From: Eledone cirrhosa
Taxonomy: Eukaryota
Reading direction: 5' to 3'
DNA length: 64,000 nt
NCBI GenBank assembly: GCA_964016885.1
Contig: OZ024746.1
Coordinates: 23,188,001 to 23,252,000 of the forward strand
The notes under the pieces are model-generated. The model saw only the letters and a program-made list of their open reading frames with translations, ran no database searches and had not been told where the DNA came from. Made by a program: the position numbers and the translations under genes. Each line of letters opens with the position of its first letter. The stretch's first letter is position 1. Shown here piece by piece: positions 13,229-27,925 of the stretch.

Positions 13229-15204
13229 ATATATATATATATACCAACTTTGCATGTCATAGCCAATTATAGTAAGCTTGGGTGAGTTTAACAACTGAAG
13301 ACAGACAGATGCAAAACAGAAATATAGAAACGGTCAATAAAAAAGTTATTTCCATCGTATATTAACTACAGATAGCGTTACTACTGGACTGTCTTAACTG
13401 ACACAACTAGGGCTGGCGCTATCATTAAGGTTCACTTGGCAGCTGCCTAACGTGCATACCTCAGAGGGGCGCATAACTGAACCTTAACGGGTCACAGTTT
13501 TATACAATATTTGTATAATAAACTTAAATATATGATAGTTTACTGCTATCAATAAAATTGCTTAACATCTTTGCATGGAGAGTTATATGATGTTATGACC
13601 TGTAACATGATTTGACATCGGTGAATGTGGACTGTGCAGAAGGAAATGCAGGCGAAGTAATTTTCTTAGCGTGGTCAGAGCAAGAAGTGTCAAAATCTAG
13701 GTTTATTGATTTATTTGGGAGAATGGAGCGCATAACTAGAAGATGAAAATTGTAGAGCTAGTCTAGGGCACTAAATTCCCAAGTACTGACACTAAGGCCT
13801 ATAACAGTAGGGAGGACGGGACTTTAATTAATAATACTAATAATAATACTGCATATAATTCGTGAGTTCAATTCCCGGCGATGCATTGTGGCCTTGAACA
13901 TGACTATTTCACATCATTCCAGCCTACTCAGGTGGGGGGGGGGTTAATGGACCAGTTTTGTCGCATACTGTGTCATGGTGAATCTCCCTGAGAACTACGT
14001 TAAGGGTACACGTTCAGTCAAACTATAACAGAAAACGAGCAGAGCCTGTAATTCCAAGGTACAGTCCTGCCACACGCAGTGTCACGCTGAATATCTCTAA
14101 GTACACGTGTCTGTGGAATGTTCAATCAGTTGCATGTTGTTATTTTCATGAACAGGCTGTTCCGTTGATCAAAGAACTAAAACACTCATCGTCTTAATCG
14201 ACGGAAGTCCAACACACATTTCTGACACATATCGATTCTGAAAACTTACCAAGCTATGATTTCTTATTTGCCAGCCAAAGATAGCCTATTTTAATCGACA
14301 CAACTACTAACAACAACAATAACAACAACTCCATAGATGAGAAACACAGATAACATTGAACTCTTAATTGTCACAATAACAACAATAACCACTACTTCTA
14401 ACAACAACAACAACAACACTATATATTTCGATATATGCAGCAATGGCCTAGTGGTAAGTATGTTGGACTTATAATCATAATGTCGTGAGTTCGATTCCTG
14501 GACTAAGTTGTGTGTTATGTTCTTGAGCAAAACATTTCCTTTCAAGTTGCTCTTGTAGACTCAGCTGAAAATGAGTAGTAGCAGTAGCTGGGGGTTTAAT
14601 TCTGCGATGGACTGATGTCTTGTCCAGTGGGGGTGGGTCTAGTACTCTCAGTCACTTAACAGGATAAGACTAATGAGACATTGGGCTCAAAACAGACTTT
14701 GGACTTTAGAAATGGTAACTACACACAACACTGGACTATTTCATGTGTTACAACTACTAACAACACCACAATACTACTACTACTAAGTGAAGGCGTATGG
14801 CTTAGTGGTTAGGGAGCTGGGCTTGAAATCAAGAGGTTGTGAGTTCGTTTCACAGTCATTGTATTTCCCTTGGACAACATCGGTAGTATGGAGAGGGAAT
14901 ACTGGTGTGCATTTGCGACTGGTGGTCTTCCACAAACAAACCTTGTCCGGACTTGTACCTCGGAGGAGAATTTCCTAGGTCATTCGTAACAACACCGTAT
15001 ATATTTCTAGATCTGCAGATATAGTAACCACACACAACACTGGACTGGTCAACTGATAAAACTATTAACAATATCATATATTATCTTATCGATAAAATAA
15101 ATTACCAGCAACGCACTGGGGTCGATTTAATCGACTTTCCACTCCCCCCCAAAATTGCTGGTCATGTGACTAAAGCAAAAACCATTATTTAAGATGCACA
15201 AGTC

Positions 15205-15420
15205 GATAAGCCGTGGTTCTCGCTGCACTTGTCCAACTAATTCCTAAGTATCTGAAGTCCTCCCAAAATATTTGGCTTCGGGTATTTCTGGGCCGGCCTC
15301 TCCATCGCTTTCTCTTCTCCTGCGTCCATAACATTGCAGTCCTTCATTGGTGCCCTTCATAGATGGATGATCTCCACTGTTTTTTTTCTTTTCTGGTGCT
15401 GGACTTCTTATGAAGATTTG
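15205..15420 (-). pseudogene. RTE-like LINE 3' remnant
   Basis: Minus-strand peptide AMLWTQEKRKRWRGRPRNTR..EDFRYLGISWTSAA resembles the RTE C-terminal RxRGRP..W..DL..W motif. Confidence 0.55.
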
Positions 15421-15932
15421 CTTGCTTTTTTTTTTCTTTCGTGATCCAACGCGTCTCCCTCACCAACCTGCGGGGCAATATCTTCTCCACCCTGTCAGCC
15501 GAGACCACAAAGCGGACTGACCCTTAAGTTTCACTTATGGTGGTGTGGTGTGGTGTGGTGGCATGTGGAATGGATTTACTTACATTTTATTAGCTGTTTA
15601 TTATTTCACTGGTGTAGTAAATGTATTATTCGTACGACCGGTTAACCATCTATTCATTTTACAGTACCGGATTGCTAACTCAACGCCTAAAAATCTTCCT
15701 TTACCAACCGGACTTAAGACCGGCAATGGCGATATGACATGTAATATATGTCTGCAATTGCAGCATTGATAATCATAGCACTGGGCTGTTTCAATTGACA
15801 CAACTGTTACTAACAATAACATTGCATATAGTGCTGCAACTGCAGAGATCACTAGCAGCACTAGTACATACCCCGTTGTCTTATAGTCGGAACAATATTC
15901 AAACTTTAAAGCTGTTTGTGGATTATTATATA

Positions 15933-16118
15933 AGGCGGTAGATTGGCAGTATCGATGGAGGGTCGGACGCCATACTTTCCAGCATAGTTACGTCCCTTTA
16001 CGATCTGAGTTCAAATCCCGCCGAGGTTGACTTTGCCTTTCATCCTTACGGGGTCGATAAAATAAAGTACCAGTAATGCACTGGGTAATTGCTGGCCTTG
16101 TGCCTAAAGTAGAAACAA
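15933..16118 (+). mobile_element. SINE family A, young full-length copy
   Basis: GGCGGTAGATTGGCAGTATCG...GGCCTTGTGCCTAAAGTAGAAAC, nearly identical to 24918-25101 and 3066-3251(-). Confidence 0.9.
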
Positions 16119-18093
16119 TTATATATGTGTGTGTGTGTACTAAGTGAGAGAGAACACTGATTTCCAGTATAAATGAAAATATTTTAGAAACACGCCCCCC
16201 CCCCCCCCCCCCCCCCCATTTCCTTTATGTCTTACATTTCAGTTCCATTGACTCTAAATAAAAAATAAAAAAGAAGTTATGATAGGTAATATAGATGTTA
16301 TTGTTGGCTTCGAAAAAGGCGGTGGATTTGCAGTGTCGGACAAAATGCTTTGCGGCATATAGTTACGGCTCTTTACGTTTTGAGTTCAAATTCCACCGTG
16401 GTTAGCTTTGCCTTTCATCATTAAGGGGGTCGATAAAAAATTACCAGTAACGCACTTAGGTTGGTTTAATGGACTTTCCGTTTCCCCAAATTGTTGGCCT
16501 TGTGCCTAAATCAGGAACCATCGTTAGCTTCGAAATGTCAGGGTGAGCAGGCTTACTAAATTGGAGCTACAGGTAAAAGATTACTCTACGTTTCAAGACT
16601 GTATACTACTATTTGAAGGATTTGAGCTTCTGTATTCTTAAATAAAAAATCCTATTGAATATCGATCTAGTGATTAAAAAATTGGATTCGCAATCGTGAG
16701 GTTGTGAGTTTGATTCCCAGACCGGGCAATGCGTTATGTCCTAGAGTAAGACACTTTATTTCAAGTTGCCCTTTCTACCAGGAGTTGAAACCGGTAGATA
16801 GTTTCCTTGGTCTGATTTGATGAGTTCTGCGCCATTCGGTAAACGAGTGAGGTCTAGGATCGTGTTGATCGTTTAAAAAAGAAAAAAAATCGTTGTGTGT
16901 GTGTGTGTGTGTGTGTGTCCACGCGTTGTTCTGCCTTCTCTTCACAGACCCTTTAAAATGGAATAATTAATTAATTAATAACCACTCTGAAACAATAAAT
17001 TCATTTCGTGAATCATTGAATGTTGATTGGGTGAGGGTGGGAGTCATTCCAGATATATCGACTCGTGTTGCCCTCCTACAGATACATCGATAGATTCCAA
17101 ATCACACACACTCACACACAGAGCTTGTGAAATTATCGTAACACAGACACGTGCACCCTTACAATAGTTCTCAAGATAATTCGGCACGGTTATGTGTGAT
17201 AAGACTGACTCTTTGAATTACAGGTACAATCTATCCTGCATAACTGATTAAATATTTCACAGACGTGAACCTTAACGTAATTCTCACAGCGATTGACCGT
17301 GAAAAAAATGTGTGGGACAAGGCTGACCCTTTTAATTACAGGTATAAATCATTTTTTCCCAAGTGAGTGGATTGGGGCAACATCAAATAAAGTGTCTTGC
17401 TAACAGAGCTTATTCCGGTTTCATGCGGTGCTATGCAACTGAGGGTACATCACGACTTCATGGGCATGACGTCAGTCCATTGCAGGGTAAACCCCAGCTA
17501 ACGCTGGTACCTATTTGCCCACTAAGCGGATTGTAGCAACCTAAACTAAAGTGTCTTGCTCAAGGACACAACGCACCGTCGGGAATTGAATTCACGTCTT
17601 TAAGGTCATGAGCCGAGCACCCTAACAACTAAACCACACGACTTTACCCTAAAACTACCAAGACAAGTAAAACTGCATATAATCAATAGGGAAGAGACAT
17701 GAAATCGATGAAGCAAGTGTCTATTTTCAGCAGAAGACTGCACCAGTGCAGTAGCAGTGACACTGAATGCAAAATAGGCACTTGACATGCGTGGGAAAGA
17801 AAATGTATGCACCAATCTCCACAGCTTTGGTGCATGGATATTTCTTATCTTCTTCAGACACCTACACACACACACACACACACACATGGACACACGGATA
17901 AACCGGAGCACACAGTCACAGAGACAGACACACACATACATAACATACATAGACACTGACAGACACAGAGACACACAAACATACAGACAGATAAATAAAG
18001 AGACACACAGACACATACACGCAGAGACACGCACACACACGTTTGTTGTCAATGTACTCATAAATATCCGACTGATCACATCAACTTGTTAAA

Positions 18094-19335
18094 TGGTGGT
18101 GGTGGTGGTGGTCGTGATGGTGATGATGATGGTGGTGGTCGTCGTCGTGATGGTGATGATGGTGGTGGTGGTCGTCGTCGTGATGGTGATGATGGTGGTG
18201 GTGGTGGTGTTGGTCGTCGTGATGATGGTGATGGTGGTGGTGGCGTTGGTCGTCGTGATGGTGATGATGGTGGTGGTGGTGTTGGTCGTCGTGATGGTGA
18301 TGGTGGTGGTGTTGGTGAAGTGTTGGTGGTGTTGGTGGTGGTGGTGTTGGTCGTCGTGATGATGGTGATGGTGGTGGTGGTGTTGGTCGTCGTGGTGGTG
18401 ATGATGGTGGTGGTGGTGGTGTTGGTGAAGTGTTGGTGGTGTTGGTGGTGGTGGTGTTGGTCATCGTGATGATGGTGATGGTGGTGGTGGTGTTGGTCGT
18501 CGTGATGGTGATGATGGTGGTGGTGGTGGTGTTGTTCGTCGTGATGGTGATGGTGGTGGTGGTGTTGGTGAAGTGTTGGTGGTGTTGGTGGTGGTGGTGG
18601 TCGTCGTCGTGATGGTGATGATGGTGGTGGTGTTGGTGAAGTGTTGGTGGTGTTGGTGGTGGTGGTGTTGGTCGTCGTGATGGTGATGATGGTGGTGTTG
18701 GTGGTAGTCGTCGTGATGGTAATGGTGGTGGTGGTGGTGGTGGTCGTCGTCGTCGTCGTAGTGAAGTATTGGTGGAGTTGGTGGTGGTGGTGTTGGTGGT
18801 GTTGGCTGTCGTGATGGTGGTGGTGGTGAAGTGTTGGTGGTGGTGGTGGTGGTGGTGGTGGTCGTCGTCGTCGTCGTCGTCGTCGTCGTAGTGAAGTATT
18901 GGTGGAGTTGGTGGTGGTGGTGTTGGTGGTGTTGGCCGTCGTGATGGTGGTGGTGGTGAAGTGTTGGTGGTGATGGTAGTGGTGTTGGTCGTCGTGGTGG
19001 TGGTGGTGAAGTGTTGGTGGTGTTGGTGGTGTTGATGGTGGTGTTGGTGGTGTTGGTGGTGTTGATGATGGTGTTGGTGGTCGTGATGGTGGTTATGGAT
19101 GTGGTACTGGTATTGGTGGAGGTCTTGGTGGATGTTGTATTGGTGGTAGTGTTTGATGTGGTACTGGTGGTGGTGGTGTTGGCTGTGGTACTGGTGGTGG
19201 TGTTGATTGTGGTACTAGTGGTGGTGGTGTTGGCTGTGGTACTAGTGGTGGTGGTGTTGGCTGTGGTACTAGTGGTGGTGGTGTTGGCTGTGGTATTGGT
19301 GGTGATGTTGGCTGTGGTACTGGTGGTGGTGTTAG
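18094..19335. repeat. Compound trinucleotide repeat (GGT/GAT/CGT)
   Basis: About 1.2 kb of GGT-dominated triplets with higher-order blocks. Confidence 0.97.
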
Positions 19336-19591
19336 TGCACAAGCACGATAACAATTATGATGTAAGATGGTAATAGTGGTGTTGTTGATGGCAGCAAAAC
19401 AAAGAAAATAACCAGCTCTTGCTGAATATATTCCTATATTGGAAGGTTTTATTTAAAGCAGTTCTTTTGTTAGACTTCGTTTTAAATTCTCATATAATCT
19501 TTTTAATGTGGATATAAGAAAGTTATCTATGCATAGGCAATCATACATATATATTATTTCATATATACGTATATATTATACGTATATATAT

Positions 19592-19727
<136 letters not shown>

Positions 19728-21248
19728 TTGATGGTTGCTTGCAACTCGATGTCGAGCAATGCCATCGCTTGATACTTAAGCATGAGCATCACGGGCGTGG
19801 ATTTTTAGTCCTGCTAGGGACTTGCCTATGGCCAGCAATGACATGCATCGCAAAAAAATGTCACATATCAAGCGATGCCTGTGCGTGAAGCTTTTTCTAG
19901 GTGAGGAAAGGCTTTGCACGGAGCCAACCCACTCCCTGAACAACGAATGCATTTTCCCCAAAAGAAGAACTAATCTACATCATTGGATGCAAACGAAATC
20001 GCAGGTTTTATATCAAAGGGACCTTCTCCTAGAGAGATGTCTTAATGAGGACTATGAATCTTTCGCTCCACAAAACAAACAAACAAAAAATTTATTGGAT
20101 GGCCGTTGACTCTCTTGAGTTCCTCCGCCCTTTGACATGCTTTGTTTTTCATCCCGCATGGTGTCCCAAATCCTTCTTTTCACCAAGCAAGCTTGGTGGA
20201 GTTGCCGGTTTAGTCACCGGCGACCCGACCATGCACAGGTTGTAGTGGGTTACATGTTCCAGTGGTGCTGGAGAACGACCTAACATACATACATACACAC
20301 ACAATCATACACGCATACATGCACACATAAGGTTATATATGAAAGCGTTTATATATAATAATTATATGGAAGGCTCACTATCAAAGAAAATATATCTTTT
20401 CGTTACGAAAAGGTTTTCTTTTTTTTCTGTGAACATGTCATATATATCTCAGTTGCCGTTGAGAATGCCAGACAGCTGTTTCAAAGTTTGTTAATCTGTC
20501 ATCAATAACATTCACTCAACCGGTACTGACATGGAAATAGACTACCGCCTACATAGATTTTTCTTGATAAACATTTCCATATATCAAATAGAAGACATCG
20601 GCTGGAAACATATCAGCAATATTGTCCTGTAATCATCATCCTCGTACGATTTGTTGACATCCTTGTAAATCTTTGGCGTGTCTAATATATGATACCTAAC
20701 ATAAATACCCAAACGGAAGGTGCATGGCTTAGTGGTTAGAGCATTAGGCTTGCAATCGAAGGGTTGTGAGTTAAATTCTCGGACCGGGTGATGTGTTGTT
20801 TCCTTGAACAAGACACTTTATTTAACGTTGCTCCAGTTTAATCAGCTGTAGAAATGAGATGATAGGACTGGGGTCCCTATCATTAAATTATCCAAGACAC
20901 CTCCAACGAGATATACCTTGGAGGAGGCCAGCTAAACCTGCATAGGTGTAACACACACAAACGGAATAAGTTGCTGGATCTTCAGACGTCATTGGCAGAG
21001 TTGTTAAAATGTCGGATAGAATGTTTTGTGGTATTTGTTTCGACTCTCTGCTCATTCAGTTCAAATCTCCCTGAGGTCAACTCTGCCTTTCATCCGTTCG
21101 AGGTCGATAAAAAAAATGTACCAGTCTAGTACTGGGATCGATTCTTTCTCAATATACCTGTCTCGCTTTCTGTCCTTCTCTGGAAGAAATCTGCTATGTT
21201 CAGACATAAAAAGGGATGGGCTGCGCCAGGCTTTAAGTGCCCTTGTAG

Positions 21249-21326
<78 letters not shown>

Positions 21327-21341
21327 GCGCATTTGTATGTA

Positions 21342-22250
21342 CGAGGTGTGTCAGAAAAGTTCCAGGACTGATGTCACAAAAGATTTATTTCAAACCCAAA
21401 TTTCACACTAAGAGTTTTCTCCTTCAAAGTAATCCCCCTGGAGTATGTAACTGTAATCTTAGCTCTCTGCAGCGATCAAACTTTGTTCTTCATAATTTTA
21501 TATACACATCCTCTGTTTCAGGTCGTCAAGCAATGAGCACAGAGCAACGAACAAAGTTGAAGTTTCTGGTACGGTTGGAGAAAACTCCGTCAGAAACACT
21601 GGGATTGCTGCAGCAAGTGTATGGAGATGAGACGATGTCACGCTCATTTGTTTTTGAGTGGTGCAAGAGGTTTAAAGAAGGACGCGAGGACGTGGAAAAT
21701 AACCCCAGGAGCGAAAGGCCCTCAACAACCAGGACTGAGGTCAACGTTGAGCGCGTCAGGCAGATGGTGCGTAGCGATCGTCGGCTGACTGTTCGACTGA
21801 TGGCAAATGAACTGGGCATGAATCGGGACAGCGTCTGGAAGATTCTCACTGAAGATTTGGACATGCGGAAAGTCTGCGCGAAGATTGTGCCAAAAATTGC
21901 TGAACGATGACCAGAAGGGTCGACGCATGCAAGTGTGCCAGGACATCCTCGAGCGTCTTGAAACCGAACCAGACTTGCTAGGGACAGTCATTACCGGTGA
22001 TGAGTCATGGATCTTCGATTACGACCCGGAGGGGACCCGTTTTAAAGACGTGGACGACATCAAAAAGGCCGTGACGACGGAACTGCGGAGCATCCCGGAA
22101 GAATCCTTCCAGGAGTGCATGCAAGCGTGGCAGAAAAGGATGGAAAAGTGTATTAGACTCCAGGGAGGGGGGTTACTTTGAAGGAGAAAAGTTTGGGTTT
22201 GAAATAAATCTTTTGTGACATCAGTCCTGGAACTTTTCTAACCTACCTCG
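21342..22250 (+). mobile_element. Tc1/mariner (mariner) element, internally deleted
   Basis: About 60-bp TIRs (CGAGGTGTGTCAGAAAAGTTCCAGGACTGATGTCACAAAAGATTTATTTCAAACCCAAA) and TA TSD. Confidence 0.95.
21533..22185 (+). pseudogene. Mariner transposase pseudogene
   Basis: MSTEQR..EWCKRFKEGREDV..KVCAKIVPK, frameshift near 21893, ITGDESWIFDYDPE joined directly to GTRFKDVDDIK (second and third catalytic Asp regions deleted). Confidence 0.93.
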
Positions 22251-22549
22251 TATATATATATACACGAGTGTGTTTCTATCTATGTACGAGTGTGTTTCTA
22301 TTTATGTATGTATGTATGTATGTATGTATGAATGTACGAGTGTGTTTGTATGTATGTATGTATATATCTACGAGTGTGTTTGTATGTATGTGTGTAAGTA
22401 TATATTATATGAGACTGCGTATGTAAGTATGTCTTTAAATGTACTTGTGTTTGAGTGGCCTCACGTAAGTATGTATATGTCCACATGTGTGTGTGCCGGT
22501 GTACCCACGTGTATCTGTGAATGTGTCTGTGAGTGTCTGTGAGTGTATG

Positions 22550-23343
22550 TGTAGATACAGTAATGGTGTACCTGTTATGTACTGGGATAGATATAGTAAT
22601 GGTGTACCTGTTATATACTTGGGTAGATATAGTAATGGTGTACCTGTTATATACTGGGGTAGATATAGTAATGGTGTACCTGTTATGTACTGGGGTAGAT
22701 ATAGTAGTGGTGTACCTGTTATGTACTAGGGTATATATAGTAATGGTGTACCTGTTATATACTTGGGTAGATATAGTAATGGTGTACCTGTTATGTACTA
22801 GGGTAGATATAGTAATGGTGTACCTGTTATGTACTAGGGTAGATATAGTAATGCTGTACCTGTTATGTACTAGGGTAGATATAGTAATGGTGTACCTGTT
22901 ATATACTGGGGTAGATATAGTAATGGTGTACCTGTTATGTACTAGGGTAGATATAGTAATGGTGTACCTGTTATATACTGGAGTAGATATAGTAATGGTG
23001 TACCTGTTATGTACTAGGGTAGATATAGTAATGGTGTACCTGTTATATACTGGGGTATATATAGTAATGGTGTACCTGTTATGTACTGGAGTAGATATAG
23101 TAATGGTGTACCTGTTATATACTGGGGTATATATAGTAATGGTGTACCTGTTATGTACTAGGGTAGATATAGTAATGGTGTACCTGTTATGTACTAGGAT
23201 AGATATAGTAATGGTGTACCTGTTATGTACTGGGGTAGATATAGTAATGGTGTACCTGTTATGTACTAGGGTAGATATAGTAATGGTGTACCTGTTATGT
23301 ACTAGGGTAGATATAGTCATGGTGTACCTGTTATGTACTAGGG
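22550..23343. repeat. Minisatellite, 36-bp unit
   Basis: gtagatatagtaatggtgtacctgttatgtactagg repeated about 22 times. Confidence 0.97.
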
Positions 23344-23414
23344 TCGACATAAACGCTCTCCCCATTAACCCCCACTCTAAAAAAATGACGGTATTTTTAC
23401 AAACCATTATTGTA

Positions 23415-23430
23415 AGAAGGGGAGGAGAAC

Positions 23431-23516
<86 letters not shown>

Positions 23517-24108
23517 GGAGAGAAAGAGAACAAAAAGTGTAGGAGCAGGAGAGAATGGAGACAAAGAGGGCAAAAGAGAAAAAGAAAGCAGAGTGAGAGA
23601 TGAGGAGGAGAAGGGTGAGATAGAGTGATAGTACAGAGAGAAGGAAGAGAGGGATAAAGAAATGTAGACAGAGGGGGGGGTAGATAAAGAGGTATGGTAG
23701 AGAGAGAGAGAGAGTAGGAAGAGTGAGATAAAGAGATGGTAGAGAGAAGAGGAGGATGAGTGAGATAAAGAGGCGGTAGAGAGAGAGAGTAAGAAGATGG
23801 TAGAGAGGAGGAAGGACGAGAGAAAGAGATATGGTACGAGTAGGAGGAAGAGTGGGAGAAAGAGATGGTAGAGAGAAGAGGAGGAGGAGAGATAGAGAGA
23901 GAGGAGTAAGAGTGAGATAAAGAGGCGGTAGAGAGAGAAAGAAGATAGTATAGAAAAAGAGGAGGAGTAAGAGTGAGATAAAGAGGTGGTAGAGAAAGAG
24001 GAGTAAGAGTAATATAAAGAGATGTAGAGAGACAAGGGAGATAGAGAAAAATGTAGTAGTAGGAGAGACAAGGGATATGGTATGAGTAGAAGGGGAGAAA
24101 GAGGAAAA
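23415..24108. repeat. (GA)n and purine-rich low-complexity tract
   Basis: Direct reading. Confidence 0.95.
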
Positions 24109-24266
24109 CATTATGCAAATGTAATGATGAAACGGTCATTGAACTCAACTAACGAATAATTTATTTTTGGTAATACTGAACTGAACTAGACATGCGCGGC
24201 GGGTGTGGGATACATGTGTGTGTGTGCGTGTGCGTGTGTGCGTATTTATACATACATCTATGTCAA

Positions 24267-24298
<32 letters not shown>

Positions 24299-24407
24299 GC
24301 GGCGATGAATTAGTTTAGCGAGGTTTTTTAGAATATATATATGTGTGTGCGTGTGTGTGATATGTATACACACACATTGACATACATGTATATATATATA
24401 TACATGC

Positions 24408-24453
<46 letters not shown>

Positions 24454-24917
24454 TACACCAGTGTGTCTGTGTGTATAAACATTGATATATATGTGTATAT
24501 ATATGTGTGTGTGTGTGTATATATATATGTGTGTGTGTGTATATATATATATATGTGTGTGTGTGTATGTATGAAATACATACACACACAATACGCATAA
24601 CATTTCTAAAAGGCTTTGTTACTATTTTTCCTTGGTCTATTTAAGACAATAATTGTATACTTTATTTTTTTAGTGAATGTATACACACAAGCACACATAC
24701 ACACAGACACATATATACGTGCATTAACACTCACATACATGCATTAACACACACATTATTCGTCTTCTCAATTCCATCTCTGTCGTCTTCTCAATTACGT
24801 CTTCCTTTGTTGAATCTTTCCCAGTCCTATTCATTCCAATGAATCCATACTACTGCCTGGATATATTTTATTCTCCAAACGTCCCCTCGACAGTTTGTAC
24901 ATTGTTATTTAACCCAA

Positions 24918-25101
24918 GGCCGGTGGATTGGCAGTATCGGTAGAGAGTCGGACGCCATGCTTTCCAGCATAGTTACGTCCCTTTACGATCTGAGTTCAAA
25001 TCCCGCCGAGGTTGACTTTGCCTTTCATCCTTACGGGGTCGATAAAATAAAGTACCAGTAATGCACTGGGTAATTGCTGGCCTTGTGCCTAAAGTAGAAA
25101 C
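24918..25101 (+). mobile_element. SINE family A, young copy with TSD
   Basis: Full-length copy; direct repeat gttatttaacccaagg at 24904-24919 and 25103-25118. Confidence 0.92.
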
Positions 25102-26529
25102 AGTTATTTAACCCAAGGCCGCCTTCCAATAAATGAAATCAGTGTTTCAATGATCATATCAAAGTCGTGTTCCCGCTTCCCTAGCAACTGGTTAACTTAC
25201 CATCAGGGCTGGCGCTATAATTAGATGTCTAGGACGCACAACTCAGAAAGACGCATTGGCATGGTATGGTATTGTCCCGTAACTCTTAATGGAGTCGTAG
25301 GGGTTCTGTTGTGGCATACGGTATTTCTTGGGCATTTTTAAGCCTAGCAGAGCCCATCCTTCTCCAGGCAATCTGAACATAGCAAATTTCTTCCAGAGGA
25401 GGATAGAGAGTGAGAGAGGAGTGATATAGAGATATAGAGGAAGAATCGATCACAATATTAAACTGGTACTTTTTTTATCGACAGCGAAAGGATTAAAGGC
25501 AAACTTGACCTCGGCGGGATTTGAACTCAAAGAGAAGAGAGCCGGAACGAATACCGCAAAGCATTCTATCCAGTATTCTATCGACTCTGCCTATTCGCTG
25601 TCTTAAAGACGCATTACTGAACCTTAAAGGTTCATTTATACAAATTTATATGATATTAAATATATAATTTACTTAGTGACCAGTAAATAAATCGCTAAAC
25701 ATATTTTCCAAATAGCAGAGCTGTGGAAATATTCATAGTGGTGGAGAGTGTCGTATGGTCTTATCATAAGTTACATGATTTGGCGTAGTTGGGTGACGTG
25801 GAAAATGCAGACTAGCGTCTTGTACAGGAGTCTGGTACTTACAGTCAGGATAAGTTCTGGCCTGATGAGAATAAGCTCAAGATTTTAACTTTAATTTGTG
25901 GATACTTCTAACTACATCTAATTTCGAAATCTCTCACACTGCCATCAATCACACACCCTTCATATTTCCCACTAGAAGTACAGTGGACTGGTTCAATATA
26001 AAATAAAGTATCTTACCCAAGAACACGAATCACCCGGTCTGGAAATCGAACTCATGACCATAAGACAGTAAGCTCAGCACCTTAACCATTAAGGGACGTT
26101 GCATCCAAGTCTCATTCAACAGCAACAAAGTAAAGTTCTACACCTACAACATTACGTCTTTACTCCTGAACAATCCAATCTAATCCAGGGCCTTCTCACT
26201 CTTGTTGGAGGAACCCCTCCCTGGTTGACCTCCACTGCTTTCTGTTTGGTTTTGGTCAAGTCAGGGATGTAGCCCTACTCACCATGCTTTGGCAATTGCA
26301 TGTTGGTGGGGCTATTTAACTCATAGTTAGGGTGGATGGCCGTTGACTCTGAGGAGTTCATCGGCCCTTTTATCCATCTAAAGTTTTCGGATAAATCAAC
26401 TTACTTTAACTTTGACTCATTTCAATGGGACCCTTGAGCTTCATGGGGTCTAGCTAACTCTTTGACGTGAGGCTGAATTTTCCTAAGATGTAGGCAGAGA
26501 TCTCCACGTGTAATTACATTGTAGCGGTT

Positions 26530-27475
26530 GCGAGCCTTACTGTGCAGTCTGGAAACAACACCAAACCTCCTCTCGACTAAGTATGAGCTTGGAAAAGGCA
26601 GAGCAAATCTCTTAGCCTCTGCATGTAGGTGTGGAAATCAACGCTGAATTTCCTCTTGCATCCCAAAAAGGGGTTCACCTATTTTGGGAAATCTAATTTT
26701 GATCATGTCATCTGCTTGAAGTTCAATTAATTCTTCCTGAAATTTAACGTCCAAATCGTCGACGTTAGCTATGAAAGCATCTGCTATCCACATTGGGATG
26801 TCCATCGGCAAAGGGTCGACAAACCGTTCTCTCGTGTTGTCTTGTAGCGCACGGAGGTGAGTGCTATAAATTTGGAGTTGGTCATCGCTTACAATGTTTT
26901 GAACATTGGCGACACTAGGAACATTATAGAATTCCCGTCAACAAAGATTCCTTTCGATGACATTCAATTTGGCCAGGAATGTTTTCACAGCATTCCTTGC
27001 TTTAAGCAAGGTGATCTTCCTCCCCTGCAAAGCCAAAATGACGCTATTGCATTTGTCGAAGATGTTGGTGAGGTAGGCGCAATCTTGCCTCACATCGAGG
27101 GTTTTCTTGTACAGTTCTGTGTTGCGTCCTCGCAGAAACTCAATGATAGAGTCGAAGAGTTGAAAGAAGTGAGTAAAGCACTTGCCCTTTGAAAGCCACC
27201 TCACTTCAGTATGAAGGAGCAACTTGACGAATTCTTCGTCATTATCTTGGCATAGTTGCTGGAAAATTCGTTCATTGAGGGAATGCCGTTTGATAAAATT
27301 GATGACATCAATGGCCACCTGCAAGGACTTGCTCAGAGGCTTGCTGAATTTCTTCGCAGCCAAGTGTTATCGATGAATGACACAATGAACAGCAAATACA
27401 GATAGATTTTCTCTCTTCAGAAGAGTGACGAAGCTCTTATATTGGCCGACCATTGCTCTTGCGTCGTCCATAGCA
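26530..27475 (-). pseudogene. hAT Buster-type transposase remnant, central/C-terminal part
   Basis: AVHCVIHR*HLAAK..LNERIFQQLC..LLLHTEVRWLSKGK..LQG are hallmark Buster/SCAND3/ZBED8-like motifs, with stops. Confidence 0.92.
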
Positions 27476-27482
27476 CATGATA

Positions 27483-27925
27483 CAATGTGTGTTGTATGTG
27501 GTCCTAGATGTATGTATTACCTGCCTGTGTGTTGTATGTAGTCCTAGATGTATGAATTACCTGCTTATGTATTGCATGTGGTCCCAGCTGTATGTATTAC
27601 CTGCTTGTGTGTTGTATGTGGCTCTAGATGTGTGTATTCCCTCCTTATGTGTTGAATGTGGTCCTAGATGTATGTATTACCTGATTGTGTTGTATATGAT
27701 CCTAGATGTTTGTATTACCTGCTTATGTGTTGTATGTGGTCTTAGATGTATGTGCTACCTGCCTGTGTATTTTATGTGGTCCTAGATGTGTGTGTGCTAC
27801 CTCCTTATGTGTTGCATGTGGTCCTAGATGTGTGTATTACCTGCTTATGTGTTGTATGTGGTCTTAGATGCGTGTATTACCTGCTTATGTGTTGTATGTG
27901 GTCCTAGATGTATGTGCTACCCGCT
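27483..27925. repeat. Minisatellite, about 40-bp unit
   Basis: gtgttgtatgtggtcctagatgtatgtattacctgc(c/t)t(g/a)t repeated about 11 times. Confidence 0.93.

Noticed and set aside
18081-19373. His-, Thr-, Val- or Gly-rich ORFs resembling structural proteins
   Set aside because: Trinucleotide repeat open in many frames on both strands; no signal peptide or splice support seen
21026-21532. N-terminal extension of the 294-aa ORF as a SETMAR-like fusion
   Set aside because: Upstream part is SINE, (GT)n and TIR sequence; the transposase starts at 21533
22298-24148. 616-aa and 356-aa ORFs
   Set aside because: Produced by the 36-bp minisatellite and GA-rich tract
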